The notes: generated by a model not told the origin, from the letters alone. Numbered from the whole stretch's first letter, positions 37,519 through 50,728 are shown. The stretch: DNA of 63,791 nt, filler included, from Octopus bimaculoides (GCF_001194135.2; 5 parts of 5 records of this genome joined end to end with filler, not necessarily neighbours in it); one strand, 5' to 3'. Made by a program: numbers and translations.

Positions 37519-38689
37519 CACATACACAGAGACGGTATGGGGACTAAAAATTCTGGGTTAATGCCTGGCACACTTCTGAAGCCACTAAACCTGAGGCACT
37601 TAACCCTTTTAAAAGTGTGTCTCTAATTTACCCTTATTGTGCAGGGAATGGAAATCTTCAGCATCAGTTTAGACCCCTAATATTCCCACATATTTGAAAA
37701 TGTGACCTTTAATGACACCTGATATTTTACCTCAGCTTGTCTTTAGATGATGGTAGTTAAGTACAGAGGGTCTGTGAGATGTTATGCAGGTGTTAGTACC
37801 CCTAAGATTACACATAAACATTGCTAATTTTAAAATATGATTCAGTAATGGTTTTTTCATTGTCCATAACTAAAAACTATTTTGAGATGTTGGATATGGG
37901 AGGAGCTATGATGTCTTCCAAGAGCTGCCATTTTGCCATCTAGATGACAATATATCTGCCAAAAGATTAAGAGAAGCATGCCTGCGGTCAATTTTCTTCT
38001 TTAAAAGATTCAGTGCAATAACCTCAAAACCTTCATCTGTAGACTTAGATATTTTTTCTACATAAATATATTGAGAGACAAACATTGAGGATTATTTAGC
38101 AGATACTGAAGCATATTTAGCAGACAGTAAGGAATACTCAACTTCTGAAAATACAGAATCCATGGAAACCAGACATTGTTGATGCCAACAAGAATTTATA
38201 TACTGAATTTGATGAGTTTAAATAATTTCATTATTTATGGAAGGAAGAAAAAGAAAATAGAGTTTCAAGACCAAAAGGAAAAAAGATTTTCAAATTTGAC
38301 ACAGAAACTCACTCTCTTACAAACACAAAGATAAATATTCCAAGAAAGCAAAGGAAGACTCTATAAAATTGCTCAATCTGTTAGAAATAGCAGCACCAAT
38401 TCTTCTACATCACACTATGCTATCCATGAAAAGGAAGGCTATACAGTGGACAATGTAGTCTTGGATATTCTAGGTGGGGTCGGGAGTAGCTTCATTGGTT
38501 AGGGTCAACCAATTTTCTACGTCCATGTATTTAGGTCCGGAAAAGGATTTTGAAGAAGATTAGCCATTTCTCATAACAATCTTCCTTTTCTAAATGTTTA
38601 TTGTGCAAAAGAAATGCTACCATTTTAGAATTGGTAAAGCTTTGAACCAGTGGTGCCCTAGGTATTGAATTCAAAACACAAGAGGTTCA

Positions 38690-38880
38690 CTGAATTCAAA
38701 ACACAAGGCATCAATCCAGCCCTCAAACAGTTTAGTATCTTGTATTGATACAATTTTATGGACCCTGAAGGGATAAAAGACAAGCTTGACCTTGGTGGAG
38801 TTTGAACTCAAATCATGGAGAATTAGAATAGATACCATAAGGCATTATATCCAGCACTAACAACTCTGCCAATTCACTGA
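38690..38880 (-). mobile_element. SINE family A copy, heavily CpG-decayed
   Basis: TTTATGGACCCTGAAGGGATAAAAGACAAGCTTGACCTTGGTGGAGTTTGAACTCA aligns to the consensus with CG changed to TG/CA/GG. Confidence 0.65.
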
Positions 38881-40652
38881 ACATACCATGTCTGTAAGAA
38901 AAGGTCAGATGGTCATGGGTGGAATACTTTAATCAATTGGGGTTAAATAAACACGCGTTCGTAGTTTTATAAAAGAACACTGAGGCATGATATACAAAAA
39001 GAAGAAGAAAATAAATGCCTTAGAAACAGTGGCACTATAAAAGAGATTCCCGTTATCCGAAATGAAAGCCTCCTTCTGGAACATACATTATAATGAAGAC
39101 AATAATAAAATATAGGAACTAAAGAGAAAATGCCATTGTTTAGAAAAGAAAACAATAAAGACTGTGGTGCTAGTGAGAATTTTCTTTGCCCCATTAACAT
39201 GAAATAGCAGAAGAAGAGATAAAAAGCTGTAAGAATGAGACACAGTGTGGACAATTAATGCCAAGCTTGGAATTTATACCCAAGTTGTTATTTCACATTT
39301 AGTCAACTGTGAATTTGGTTATGGAACCACACTTCCATGCATACACAAACTTTGAAGACGTTTAGATTTTCAAGACAAATGATGATGATAAATTGGTGTT
39401 TTACAGACCAAAGTCCATTATTAGAAATTTGAAGGAAAACAAATCACAATAAAAGGAAAAACTAAAACAAAAAAAAAAAAAAGAAAAGAAAAAGATTCTA
39501 CAGTTTACTTTAAGCTTTATTATTGACCTATAAGTAAACAATAAAAAAAGGAGTGATGAAAGAACAGCACAATGCTGAAATAAATTTATTCACTCTTGTA
39601 GCTTTAAAAAACTTTTCATTTCACCATTAAGGCTTAGGAAAGGCTGAAAAAATTTATTTATTTTTAACATTGTCATGGTTTTCGGCATTCTTATTTATTG
39701 GAGAAAGAAAAAAAAAATTCCTTAATAGCTTTTAGAAGGGTTTAACTTAGTTTAACTGTAACATAATTGAATTGATTTTAACAAGAGTGCAAATAATCTG
39801 TGTTGTTATAATGTCTGATTTGCAATCATTTGGTTCTGAGTTCAATTCTACAGTATGGTAGTTTGTGCAGATGTTTTCTATCATAACTTTGGTTGAATAA
39901 TGCTTGTGAGTGGAATTTAGTAGATAGAAACCATGTTGAAGCCTGCCATATACATTTGTGTGTGTGTATATATGTTTTGATAATGAATACTTGTAAAATA
40001 TGGAAGGATTGATGATCAAACAAATAAACTGGTGCTTCCAAATGAAAATCCCTTGTGTAGCATTTGTTCTACACAAGTTTCACAGACATTCCTTTGTAAT
40101 TTTCCCAATCATGGATAGAGCAAACCATTTATTGGTTCATTGGAAAATTGTAATCAACCCAAAAATGTACGATTCAAACTGTGATATAAAGAGAAAAACC
40201 ATTAGCTCCAATGCAGCAAAGTCTTTAGAGGGACAATAAGTTCTTGACCAACTCTGCATTTAGGTTTTCAACTCCTTGCTGTAGATTTTCATTCTCAGTT
40301 CAAATCTATCTAAAGTCAGCTTTGCCTTTCATCATTTGAGGGTAGACAAAGTACCAGTCATGTACTGGGAGAGAGAGATATTCCTATATCAAAGACATGA
40401 ATAGAATAATAACAGAATATTGACTTTCATCATTAACGCTTTGTGTAGACTGACCCCTATAACCTCCTGTTTCCCCTTTATGGTCATAGCATCAGTTTAA
40501 TTCCCATTTTTCCATGTTTGCATGGATCAGATGAGAATAGTATAGAGTAGAGTTTTTCTATGGTTGGATGCCTTTCCTACAACTCCACCCCTGATGCTCC
40601 CTCTTGTTTCCAAGAAAGGTATAATCTTCCACTTTATCCAAACAACAAATGG

Positions 40653-40710
<58 letters not shown>

Positions 40711-40714
40711 ATGA

Positions 40715-41190
40715 CAAGCTTCTTTCAGTTTTCACCTACTAAATCTATGTACATGGCTTTGAAACACCCAGGGCTAAAAGCTGAAGACACTTGTCCAAGG
40801 TGCAATGCAGTGGGACCGAATTTGAAACTATGCAGTTGCGAAGCAAGCATTTTTGCCTCACAGCTATGTCTCCACTTACACAAGCCTACGCGCACACACA
40901 CATACACACACACACACACATACATATATATATCATGTGGTCATGTGATTGACTAGACTATTTGATGTTGTTATACATCGCTGGTCACAATGCACTTTGC
41001 ATCATTTTAGCCCTCAAATGATGCCACTTGGCTGGATAGGTGAGCAGGCCAGCATCCTTCATAGATTGAAAGAGGGGTTGGAACAATGTGAAATGAAGTG
41101 TTTTTGCTCAAGAACACAATGTGCTGCCCAGTCTGGGAATTGAACCCATGAGCTAGTGACTATGAGTGCAACAACCTAACCACTAGGCCA
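40715..41190 (-). mobile_element. SINE family B head (40715-40880) and a family C/E-related SINE (40955-41190)
   Basis: GAAGACACTTGTCCAAGGTGCAATGCAGTGGGACCGAA, and GAAATGAAGTG..GCTCAAGAACACAA..GGGAATTGAACCC..CCTAACCACTAGGCCACGC. Confidence 0.65.
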
Positions 41191-42216
41191 CGCATCATCA
41201 TACACCAGACACATATATGTATAATGTATATGTACCCTTCAGGAATTGATCTTAGGAAGAGTAGCAAAGCTGTTGTTCTAACAATTATGCCAAACCATTA
41301 GCAGTAACTTGCAACCTATGTTGAGATTTGTATTACTTTTATGGTTGTTCTGTAATTTGTCTTTTAACAATTTGACAGACGAATAGAGATGGAGAAATAT
41401 GCACTTATTTGTTCTCTTTTGTGCCATGTAATGACGAGACAAAAGGGTTAATAAAACAGCCTATAAAAATTAAATATTTGTTCCATAAAGTTACATGAGG
41501 CCACTGACACAATGTTAACAAATTAAAACAAAAGAAATATTAAAAAAAAAGAAAGCAAACGAACAAAATGAATGGCTTTCTTTTATTAAAATGTGAAATT
41601 TATTTTAATGTCCTTCTACAAATGAAATGATTGTGAGAATCAAAATATCTAATGAAGTATGTAAAAGTAATTGAATAATTTGCTTCAAGTGTTAAACGGT
41701 TCTGTCATTAGCAAGAAGACAATGTAATCTCAAGCTAGAATAAGTCAAAATTGATCAACTATGTGAGCAGTTTCAACTATTATGCAGCTTGATTTAATGT
41801 TAACAGGAAATAAATATTTATCACATCCTATTCTGATGGGATTGTCTTCTGTAGCCATCAACAATGACCAGGAATATTACCAATACTTTCTCCATTGACA
41901 CATTATAGACACAAATAGTAGCTATGAAGTAGAAGCAGAAATATTTTCTTTCAAAGAGTTTCAACAGAAATTAACATTGATGAAATTGATTGATAATATG
42001 GTAGNNNNNNNNNNNNNNNNNNNNNNNNNNNNNNNNNNNNNNNNNNNNNNNNNCAGCTTCAATTGACCAATACTAGAAATACAAACTGATCAATCAGTGG
42101 AGGTTATCTTGCATGTCTAGCACTACTCAACACATTTATTTCAAGTTAGACTTTTTACTGCTCCCTCTATTCTATTAAATGTCTTAACACAAACTTAACT
42201 ACTGTTTTTCATGCAG

Positions 42217-42268
42217 ATGGTGTCTCTCAGCCGAGGAGTCTCAAAAATTGCTTTGTTTGGTGAAAAAG
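42217..42268 (+). CDS. Candidate 52-nt internal exon, product unknown
   Basis: Acceptor TACTGTTTTTCATGCAG and donor AAAAG|GTAAAA. Two frames are open (WCLSAEESQKLLCLVKK or MVSLSRGVSKIALFGEK). It lies in a CpG-depleted block. No homology recognised. Confidence 0.3.
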
Positions 42269-42415
42269 GTAAAACTTGTGAAGTTCATGGAAGAGTTTCC
42301 CCTGCTTACCAAACTTGGATGAAGCTTGAGCTACAGTTCTCTAATAAAGGTGTGAACTGACCAAAACTTTGGCAGTGAAATTGGTCGATGGAATCTGAAT
42401 TTGAAGAAGACGTTT

Positions 42416-42444
<29 letters not shown>

Positions 42445-42446
<2 letters not shown>

Positions 42447-43478
42447 TTGCATGGCTGTTGGAGTTAAGAAGTTTGCTTCCCTGCTACATGGTTTTCTGTG
42501 CAGTCCTACAGCATAGCATCAGGGGAGAAGTGTCTTTTACTGTAGCCCCAGGCTGACCAAAGCTTTATGAATGGTTTTGGCGGACAAAAACTAAAATAAG
42601 TCTGTTGTCCCCCAACACCACACACATATACATGCGCATGTGTGTGTGTCTGTATTGTGTACACTTGTTCGTTTGGTCATTGTAAACAAGAGACTTGTTC
42701 AGTATTGTTTGTTCCCAGTTCTCCACCTAAACATGTCCAAGTTATTTGTAATTCAATCACAAAAAAAAAAAAAAGAGAAGGGCAAATGGTTTTTCTTAAG
42801 CCGTAGACTCATAAGGCCAGTTTCCCCAGATTCTGTGATGCATATATTCTTCACTACCCAGGACAGGATGCCAGTCCATCACAGGATTTACTCATTTTCA
42901 CCAACTGAGTGAGCTGGAGCAGCTAATATGAAATGAAGTGTTTTGCTTAAGAACACAATACCTCACTAAGTCCAGGAACTGAAATCCCAATCTTATGGTC
43001 ACGAGTCCAACAGCCCCTGACCCTAGGTCAAGTACCTCTACTGTTGTTCAATAGATTATTGTTTTGGAAAGAAGAGATTTGTAAGAAGAAAAGCATCTAG
43101 CTCTGCCCTAACTTACAAGAATGGTAAAGTAGATGTTAATAGCACAATGACCATCATCATCACCATCATCATGTAAGCCATGAGGGAAGAAGTCAATGAT
43201 GAAAGGCAATTCCAACATGACCATCCCAACTTTTTTATTAATATTTAAGACTACATGTACCCTCAATGTAGTCCTCAGGGAGATTCAGCATGACAGAGAA
43301 TGTGGCAAGTCTGGCCCCTTTGTAATTACAGGTACAACTCCTTTTTGCCAGCTGAGTGGACTGGAGCAATGTGAAGTAATGTGTCTGGCTCAAGGACACA
43401 ATACATCACTGGGAATCGAACTCATGACCTTATGATTGTGAGCTGAATCTCCTAACCACAAAGTCATGTGCCTTCACA
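42445..43478. mobile_element. Cluster of CpG-decayed SINEs: family B (+, 42445-42610), family E (-, 42790-43040), family C (-, 43250-43478)
   Basis: Each aligns by eye to better-preserved copies at 5868, 55375 and 18541. Confidence 0.7.
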
Positions 43479-43843
43479 GCCACTGAAGCAATCATGTTGA
43501 GTCACTTTCACTGAATCTTTATGAGTGGAGAGTGTAGAAGACTTGTGATGACACAGTACTTGAGATGTAAAATTTGTTGATATATTCCAAATTGAACCAT
43601 ATCCAAAATGCCTCGATACTTGCATTAAAATATGAAACCACCCAGACATCTGTGAACATTAACAATGAAATAACCTAAAGTAGTTCAGCCATCTAAGCTA
43701 AATATTGGGCGAAAAGTTCCAGAATGTTCCAACGATGTAATTTTAATAGCTTTTGTTAACTAACAATATCTATCTGTCTACCTTTCTCTTACTTTCTCTC
43801 TTTCTATTAGTGTACGCATGCGTGTGTGTGTGTATATTTGTGC

Positions 43844-43884
<41 letters not shown>

Positions 43885-44101
43885 TATCATTAAAAGGAAA
43901 GGATAACCTGAGGATAGGAAGGCAACAATAGAAGAGGAAAGAGAGGGAAAGAAAGTAAGGCTATCATAATGTAGAGAGAGAGAAAAAGAGAGAGAGAGAG
44001 AGAAAGAGGGAGAGAGAGAGAAAGAAAGAGAAAGAGAGAGAAAATAGAAAATGTATGAGAAATTAATGCAAGTGGAGAAAATGTGAGGAGATAGTCAAAA
44101 A

Positions 44102-44148
<47 letters not shown>

Positions 44149-45199
44149 TATGTATGTATGTATGTGCACACAATATAGTTGTATACACACACACACACAC
44201 ATGCATGCACATATATAATTGCTAAAGTTGACTATTTTTACAATCGTTCAAGTTTCTCAGCAAAGACTATTTCACCTGATAGCATATCNNNNNNNNNNNN
44301 NNNNNNNNNNNNNNNNNNNNNNNNNNNNNNNNNNNNNNNNNNNNNNNNNNNNNNNNNNNNNNNNNNNNNNNNNNNNNNNNNNNNNNNNNNNNNNNNNNNN
44401 NNNNNNNNNNNNNNNNNNNNNNNNNNNNNNNNNNNNNNNNNNNNNNNNNNNNNNNNNNNNNNNNNNNNNNNNNNNNNNNNNNNNNNNNNNNNNNNNNNNN
44501 NNNNNNNNNNNNNNNNNNNNNNNNNNNNNNNNNNNNNNNNNNNNNNNNNTTTTTTGTTTTTTGTTGGTCTTACCTTTACAGAATAATAAACTCATATATA
44601 TAATCTTTATGAACACAGTTAACCTATCTACACACAAGCACAGACATATATCCACCAGGAGACAGACAGACAGACAGGGAGGCAGGGAGGGAGGGAGGGA
44701 GAAAATAGATACAGAGCTGAAAATAAGCGTGTTGAGAGGAGAAAAAGAGGGTAAGACTGGTTTTATATTCTTTCCGTGTAACCCAGCCTCCAATGACATG
44801 ATGATATAAAGGAAAGGATTGTTGTGTTGTCGGTTCATTGGGATATAATAAGGCTGTAATGTAAATAAATATTCTGCTCTATCTTGTGACAAGGTCCTTA
44901 ATCAAGAGCAGCTTTGTTGAAAATGATACCTATAATCCTAGACAGATAATGGATAATTTGTTCTTCTGTCTCTTCTACATCTCACTCCCTCCCTCTCTCT
45001 CTCTCTTTACTGCTCTTGTATGTACACATTAATACATAATACATTATACATAAACACATTACGCTCTTGTTATTAATACACGAACGTACTAAATGAATCG
45101 ACTGCTGTCAGTCCTAACAACAAGTATTCTTGTTGTTCAATCAGCCTCAACTACTTACTCATTGAATCATAATAGTTTATTCAATTGAGTACTGTAGCA

Positions 45200-46650
45200 C
45201 ATCCATCCTTGTACTCTTAATACCCAAGTACAGTCTGTCTGGCCGTCTTCCATACCACTTCCAGTCCTTAAGGATTCTTTGAATAATGTGGTCTTGGGTA
45301 CACTGTGCCAACAGTACAGGTGAAATGGTCATGGATGGAAAATCTTTGACCATCGATTTGCTCTATTAAAACTGACCAAGGATGTGTCAATACGTATTTT
45401 AACAAACCAACAAACAGAACAATGGTGGAAACTTCTCCTCGATGCTTCTACCAAATGCAAACTTAACAGGTCTGAAATAATGGTTTGGGACAGGAAAAAA
45501 ATATATCCACTTAACCCCACAATTGTGAACAATTTGTTGTCATCACCAACAGTTCAAGGCTGCTTTTCATGCTGGTATGTATTGACTGGGCAACTGCTAA
45601 TCATATGTGTGGACTTATTGAACATTTTGGTTACATCTTAGGACTCCAAGAGCTTCATTGTCTCTTTGTTTATAAGGTATTTTATTGCAATCTCTTGCTC
45701 TCTGATTGCAAATGTATAGTCTTCAAAGTGTGATGCGATGTAGCAGTCACAAGTCCAAGAAAGGCTGCACTTCATGTCAATATTATTGTCAGCTTCAGGT
45801 CACCATGAAACTTAGCCATGTGTAGTCTTTTGGGTTTTTTTTTTCTTTTCCGGTGCACTGAGTGTTTCCCATCCATGTCTTTTTTTATGTATATCAGTCC
45901 AGCTGTTTTGGGGTTGCATGGGGAGGTCATGAGGAAGAGAGTGTTTCCTGAGGAGTTCATTGCTTACATGTAGGATCTTGTTCTCTGTGCTTTTCAGCAA
46001 TAGGTTTCTATATCTATTTATACAACAGTTGTTTGATGAGTGCAGTTTGAGAGGTACTACACGACATTCGAAGGTCGCTTGCTCTGATCTTAACCCTTTG
46101 TCTCTTCATCTCTTCTTAGGCAGAACGCATCAATATTGCTATCTCTATGGAAGTTTCCAGTTGATGTCAGATGGGTTTTAACATTTATGAATAAAATTTC
46201 CTTTACAAACCAGTCAAACATTTCAAATGTTGGTATCAGCATTGGTGCTGCAAATGCATTATGGGATATTGTCTGGATGTAAGAAGAGAATTGCAGTTGC
46301 CATATTTTTCGAAGGATGGTGTAATTTTTTCTCGAGTCACTCTTTGTTCACTGTACTTTAATATTTACGTATGCATGTGTGCCTGTATGTATGACCCTGT
46401 GACTGGTGTTACCATGACGTTTCTTCATGGATTGAGACATAGTCGTCATGATCATGAATGAAATCAAGGAACTTCTGTTGGATGTTGTTGGTTTCATTGG
46501 TGACACAAATTTATGAATCTCCTCCAGAAATTCCACAAATGGTTAACAGTCCAAATAATTGTTCTGAACCCTTCAGTGTCGAAATGAGAATTAGATGCAC
46601 AGACTTCTGTACAGTTTAATATCTTCCACATCAGCACCACCACATTGTTA
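45200..46650 (-). mobile_element. Old, rearranged Dong/R4-clade LINE relic
   Basis: Minus strand: VEDIKLY (RT), YTILRKIWQLQFSSYIQTISHNAFAAPMLIPTF (about 46225-46325), TSTGNFHRDSNID, ATFECRVV, SHFEDYTFAIREQEIAIKYLINK, THMISSCP (Zn knuckle). The RLE-like EQWW..TKCKLNRSEIMVWDRKK is on the plus strand at about 45419-45500. Confidence 0.7.
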
Positions 46651-46772
46651 TGATGAAATGTGAAAAGGAAAGTAGAAGTCACCACTGGCTTTTGACTCAA
46701 TGGAGACATTTTCAACATCAGAAGACTACAGGGCACCACCAAGGTCATATATGAACAGATTATTCAGCTACA

Positions 46773-46998
46773 CCATCATCATCATCGTTTAATGTCCGCT
46801 TTCCATGTTAGCATGGGTTGGACGATTTGACTGAGGACTGGTGAAACCGGATGGCAACACCAGGCTCCAGTCTGATTTGGCAGAGTTTCTACAGCTGGAT
46901 GCCCTTCCTAACGCCAACCACTCAGAGAGTGTAGTGGGTGCTTTTACGTGTCACCTGCACGAAAACGGCCACGCTCGAAATGGTGTCTTTTATGTGCC
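46773..46998 (-). mobile_element. Repeat family D (SINE-like, RTE-type 3' tail)
   Basis: Minus strand ..GGTTGGCGTTAGGAAGGGCATCCAGCTGTAGAAAC..CCAACCCATGCTAACATGGAAAGCGGACATTAAACGATGATGATG. Confidence 0.75.
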
Positions 46999-47392
46999 NN
47001 NNNNNNNNNNNNNNNNNNNNNNNNNNNNNNNNNNNNNNNNNNTTAATTAATTAANNNNNNNNNNNNNNNNNNNNNNNNNNNNNNNNNNNNNNNNNNNNTA
47101 TATATATATACATACATACATACATACATACATACATAGACACACACAAACACATATAAACAGTTTAGCGGCAGTATCGTTGCAAGTTAACTCAGAACTT
47201 ACGGACCCGAGCAAATAACACAAAACATCGAGTCTACTGCTCTGACCGTTCTCCCAAGTCGTTGCTATTCATTTTATCGATCGCGGAATGATGAAAGGTA
47301 AAGATGACCTCAGCGGGATTTAAGCTTAGAGGGAAAGCAACCGGAACAAATACAACAAAGACACTTTGTCTGAGGCTGTAAAGACGCATTTC

Positions 47393-47472
<80 letters not shown>

Positions 47473-47593
47473 GTCTGTCTGTCTGTCTATCTATCTGCCT
47501 GCCTACCTGCCTGCCTGCCTGCCTGCCTGTCTGTCTATGTCTGTCCGTCTGTCTGTTTATCATCTATCTATCTTTCTCTCGTTCTGTATATAC

Positions 47594-47641
<48 letters not shown>

Positions 47642-47717
47642 ATTTATAGTAAGGAAATCTTCACGATATGTTTAAGTATTAATATATCAAAATTTAATAT
47701 ATGCATTCACAAAACAT

Positions 47718-47895
47718 AAGGCGGCGAGCTGGCAGAATCGTTAGCGCGTCGGGCAAAATGCTTAGCGGCATTTCGTCCGTCTTCAAGTTCTGAGTTCAAA
47801 TTCCACCGAGATCGACTTTGCCTTTCATCTTTTCGTAGTCGATAGAATATATATTAGTTGAGTACTGGTGTCGATGTAATCGACTAGCCCCCACC
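47718..47895 (+). mobile_element. SINE family A copy, CpGs retained
   Basis: GGCGGCGAGCTGGCAGAATCGTTAGCGCGTCGGGCAAAATGCTTAGCGGC.. Confidence 0.85.
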
Positions 47896-48679
47896 GCCCC
47901 AAAGCTGACATACATATTTTGCCTTGCCTTGAGTCCTCAATCCCTGATAGAGCCATGAGGCACCATTGTGATAGACAGTATGTGTTGGGCCCTTTTTATA
48001 CTTGTCAGAGCCGAACATACTGAGAGAGAGAGAGAAAGAGAGGTGGGTGGGGAAAGACTGGTACTTATTTAACGACCAAGATCCCGAAAGGATGAAATGC
48101 AATGTTGACATGGGCAGTATTTCAGATCAGATCGGAAAGAGACAGAACGAATACCGCAAGACAATTTACTCAACGTTCTCATGACGTGTCAGCAACTTCC
48201 ATACTCTTACTAATGACTTTAATTTCTTGTGTAGTTGCGAAAAAGCATGGAACACTATTAGCTCCCCAACCTTTGTTTCAGCGGAAAATCGAGGATATGA
48301 CAACTGGAGGTGGAGAGAGTGGGGAACACACATTCAGTTGTTAGTCATTACAGATATATATGTGCGTGTGTGTGTGTATGTATAAATGTATGCATGTGTG
48401 TGTGTATTTATATATATACACACACACACATATATATATATTTCCATACATAACAAGAAAACTCCACCAGCCAGCTTACCAGCACTATCAATTAAACACG
48501 AAGAACTGTCACACAAATAATCTATGATAAATGTCCATTAAAATCTTGAGTATAATATAGCTAAAGGACTCTCCAGATCTCACTACTTTTGAAAATCACG
48601 GGAATTGTGAAACTACTTAAGGAACTGGGAATAGACTTTTTAAAAATGTATTTTAAACCATTTTAAACCATTTTTTTGG

Positions 48680-48710
<31 letters not shown>

Positions 48711-48988
48711 NNNNNNNNNNNNNNNNNNNNNNNNNNNNNNNNNNNNNNNNNNNNNNNNNNNNNNNNNNNNNNNNNNNNNNNNNNNNNNNNNNNNNNNNNN
48801 NNNNNNNNNNNNNNNNNNNNNNNNNNNNNNNNNNNNNNNNNNNNNNNNNNNNNNNNNNNNNNNNNNNNNNNNNNNNNNNNNNNNNNNNNNNNNNNNNNNN
48901 NNNNNNNNNNNNNNNNNNNNNNNNNNNNNNNNNNNNNNNNNNNNNNNNNNNNNNNNNNNNNNNNNNNNNNNNNNNNNNNNNNNNNNNN

Positions 48989-49041
<53 letters not shown>

Positions 49042-49274
49042 ATATTTATGTATGTATGTATGTATGTATGCATGCATATCAAAACGCATTTGTTAATGGC
49101 AATGAAAGAAAAATGCTTAATGCCGGTAGTAGAGTATGACTAATCAAATTCGTCAACCGTAGCCAAACAGATTGAAATTAGGTTTCCGCTAACATTTGAT
49201 ATCTGTTTTATCTCTTCTGTTTATTTGTTTTAGTCAACTATTTTGAATTGAAAACATGCATCAACAAATAAAAT

Positions 49275-49334
49275 AACATGGCGGTCGAACACATTGTTTA
49301 CGGTTCGCTAATGTTAATTTAACGGTCACGTGAT
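49275..49334 (+). promoter_or_regulatory. Possible promoter motifs (YY1-like and E-box)
   Basis: AACATGGCGG at 49275-49284 and GTCACGTGAT at 49325-49334, in a CpG-retaining, non-repetitive patch. Motif evidence only. Confidence 0.2.
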
Positions 49335-49554
49335 GCTGATATGGGAGGTCACCCTCACGGGAATAAGGTTGTTCGGTTTATAAAGGTATAACAATATTCG
49401 CACCTGAACTAATGGCGTCGATACAGCGAATAGAGTGTCATGCTCTCGCACATCCCCACATATCGCGCACTCATATATATTTGTACGTATACACACAATC
49501 ACACACACACATACACGCACACATACACACAAGCACACACATGCGCACGCGTGA

Positions 49555-49695
49555 CGGGTTTCTTTCAGTTTCTGCCTACCACATAATCTCGGCCCGCGAT
49601 TATAGAAGATACTTCCTCAGGGTGTCACGCAGCGGGACTGAACCCGAAACTATGTTGTTTGGAAGCGAATTTCTTACCACACAGCTACACTTACA
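49555..49695 (-). mobile_element. SINE family B head fragment
   Basis: GACGGGTTTCTTTCAGTTTCTGCCTACC..GTGTCACGCAGCGGGACTGAACCC. Confidence 0.7.
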
Positions 49696-50329
49696 CCATT
49701 TTCCCCCCGAAAGCATAAGAAATCCCATTTTTGTCCAACAACTATTTCTCAAAACATATCCAGTGTTAGTCTTCTTGAAGACATAGGATATCTAGAATTC
49801 TGAAATATTTTAGACACGTCATTTTCTCATAAAAGTAACTCCTCTCCAGTACTTCTACAAACGCACACACACACACGCACATATGTGCTATTGGTATTGG
49901 ACGTACGTCCGTGTGTATATGTACATGTTTTTGCTTATCATATGTGTATCTAGTATTATATATGCCGGTATTTGTGTGTAATTTAAATTGTTTTGAAGAT
50001 GTTCTCTCCTTCTGCAACACTATACACTGTCTCACTTCTTCACGTTAGGTTTCTTTATCTTTCCTTCAATGCAGATGTACGTATTGGTTTACCCTTTTTC
50101 TGCATGTAACATTTGCATGCATTATTTTGAAATAACATATATATACGTTCTACAACCCATGTTTCTATTTTCTAGTTTATTATTATTAGAAGTGAACAAA
50201 TACTCATTAATAAGGGCTCTTTTTCTTATTCAGGTTGCACAACTTCCAACAAGAACGCGTAGTTATTCCAACTCCTAAGTAGACATGACTAAAGTAGTCC
50301 CAGCGACTTGTAATTATTATTATTATCGG

Positions 50330-50505
50330 GATAAAACCGTTAGCATGCCGAACAAAATGCTTGGTGGTATTTCGTCCGTCATTACGTTCTGAGTTCATAA
50401 TCCGCCGAGGTCGACTTTACCTTTCATCCTTTCGGGGTCGATAAAAATAAATATCAGTTGAGTATTGGGATCGATGTAATAGACTTGTCCCCAACCCCAA
50501 GATTG
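50330..50505 (+). mobile_element. SINE family A copy
   Basis: Consensus match including CTTTCATCCTTTCGGGGTCGATAAAA. Confidence 0.8.
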
Positions 50506-50728
50506 TCCATAATTTGCTTATCCGACTGTAATATTCTTGTTACAGGTATCGTCGTAAGATATGTTTTCATCTACCCCTAGGAACATGTAACAGTTAAGCC
50601 ATTGTTGTAGATACTGCTAGTCTAGTTTACAGTTTTCCCTCTTTTCACAACCATATAGCAACATTTATATTGACCAAATTCCAACATTATATCCTTTGAG
50701 ATTGTTGTAACCGGATCAAGGATTTTTT

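Noticed and set aside
44272-44892. 206-aa ORF with a GTAAGA donor at about 44573
   Set aside because: It includes an N gap and simple repeats and shows no homology.
37601-46110. TTAACCCTTT/AAAGGGTTAA piggyBac-like ends at 37601, about 41445 and 46090
   Set aside because: The 37601 and 41445 ends match over only about 11 bp, the two that match best point away from each other, and no transposase was seen.
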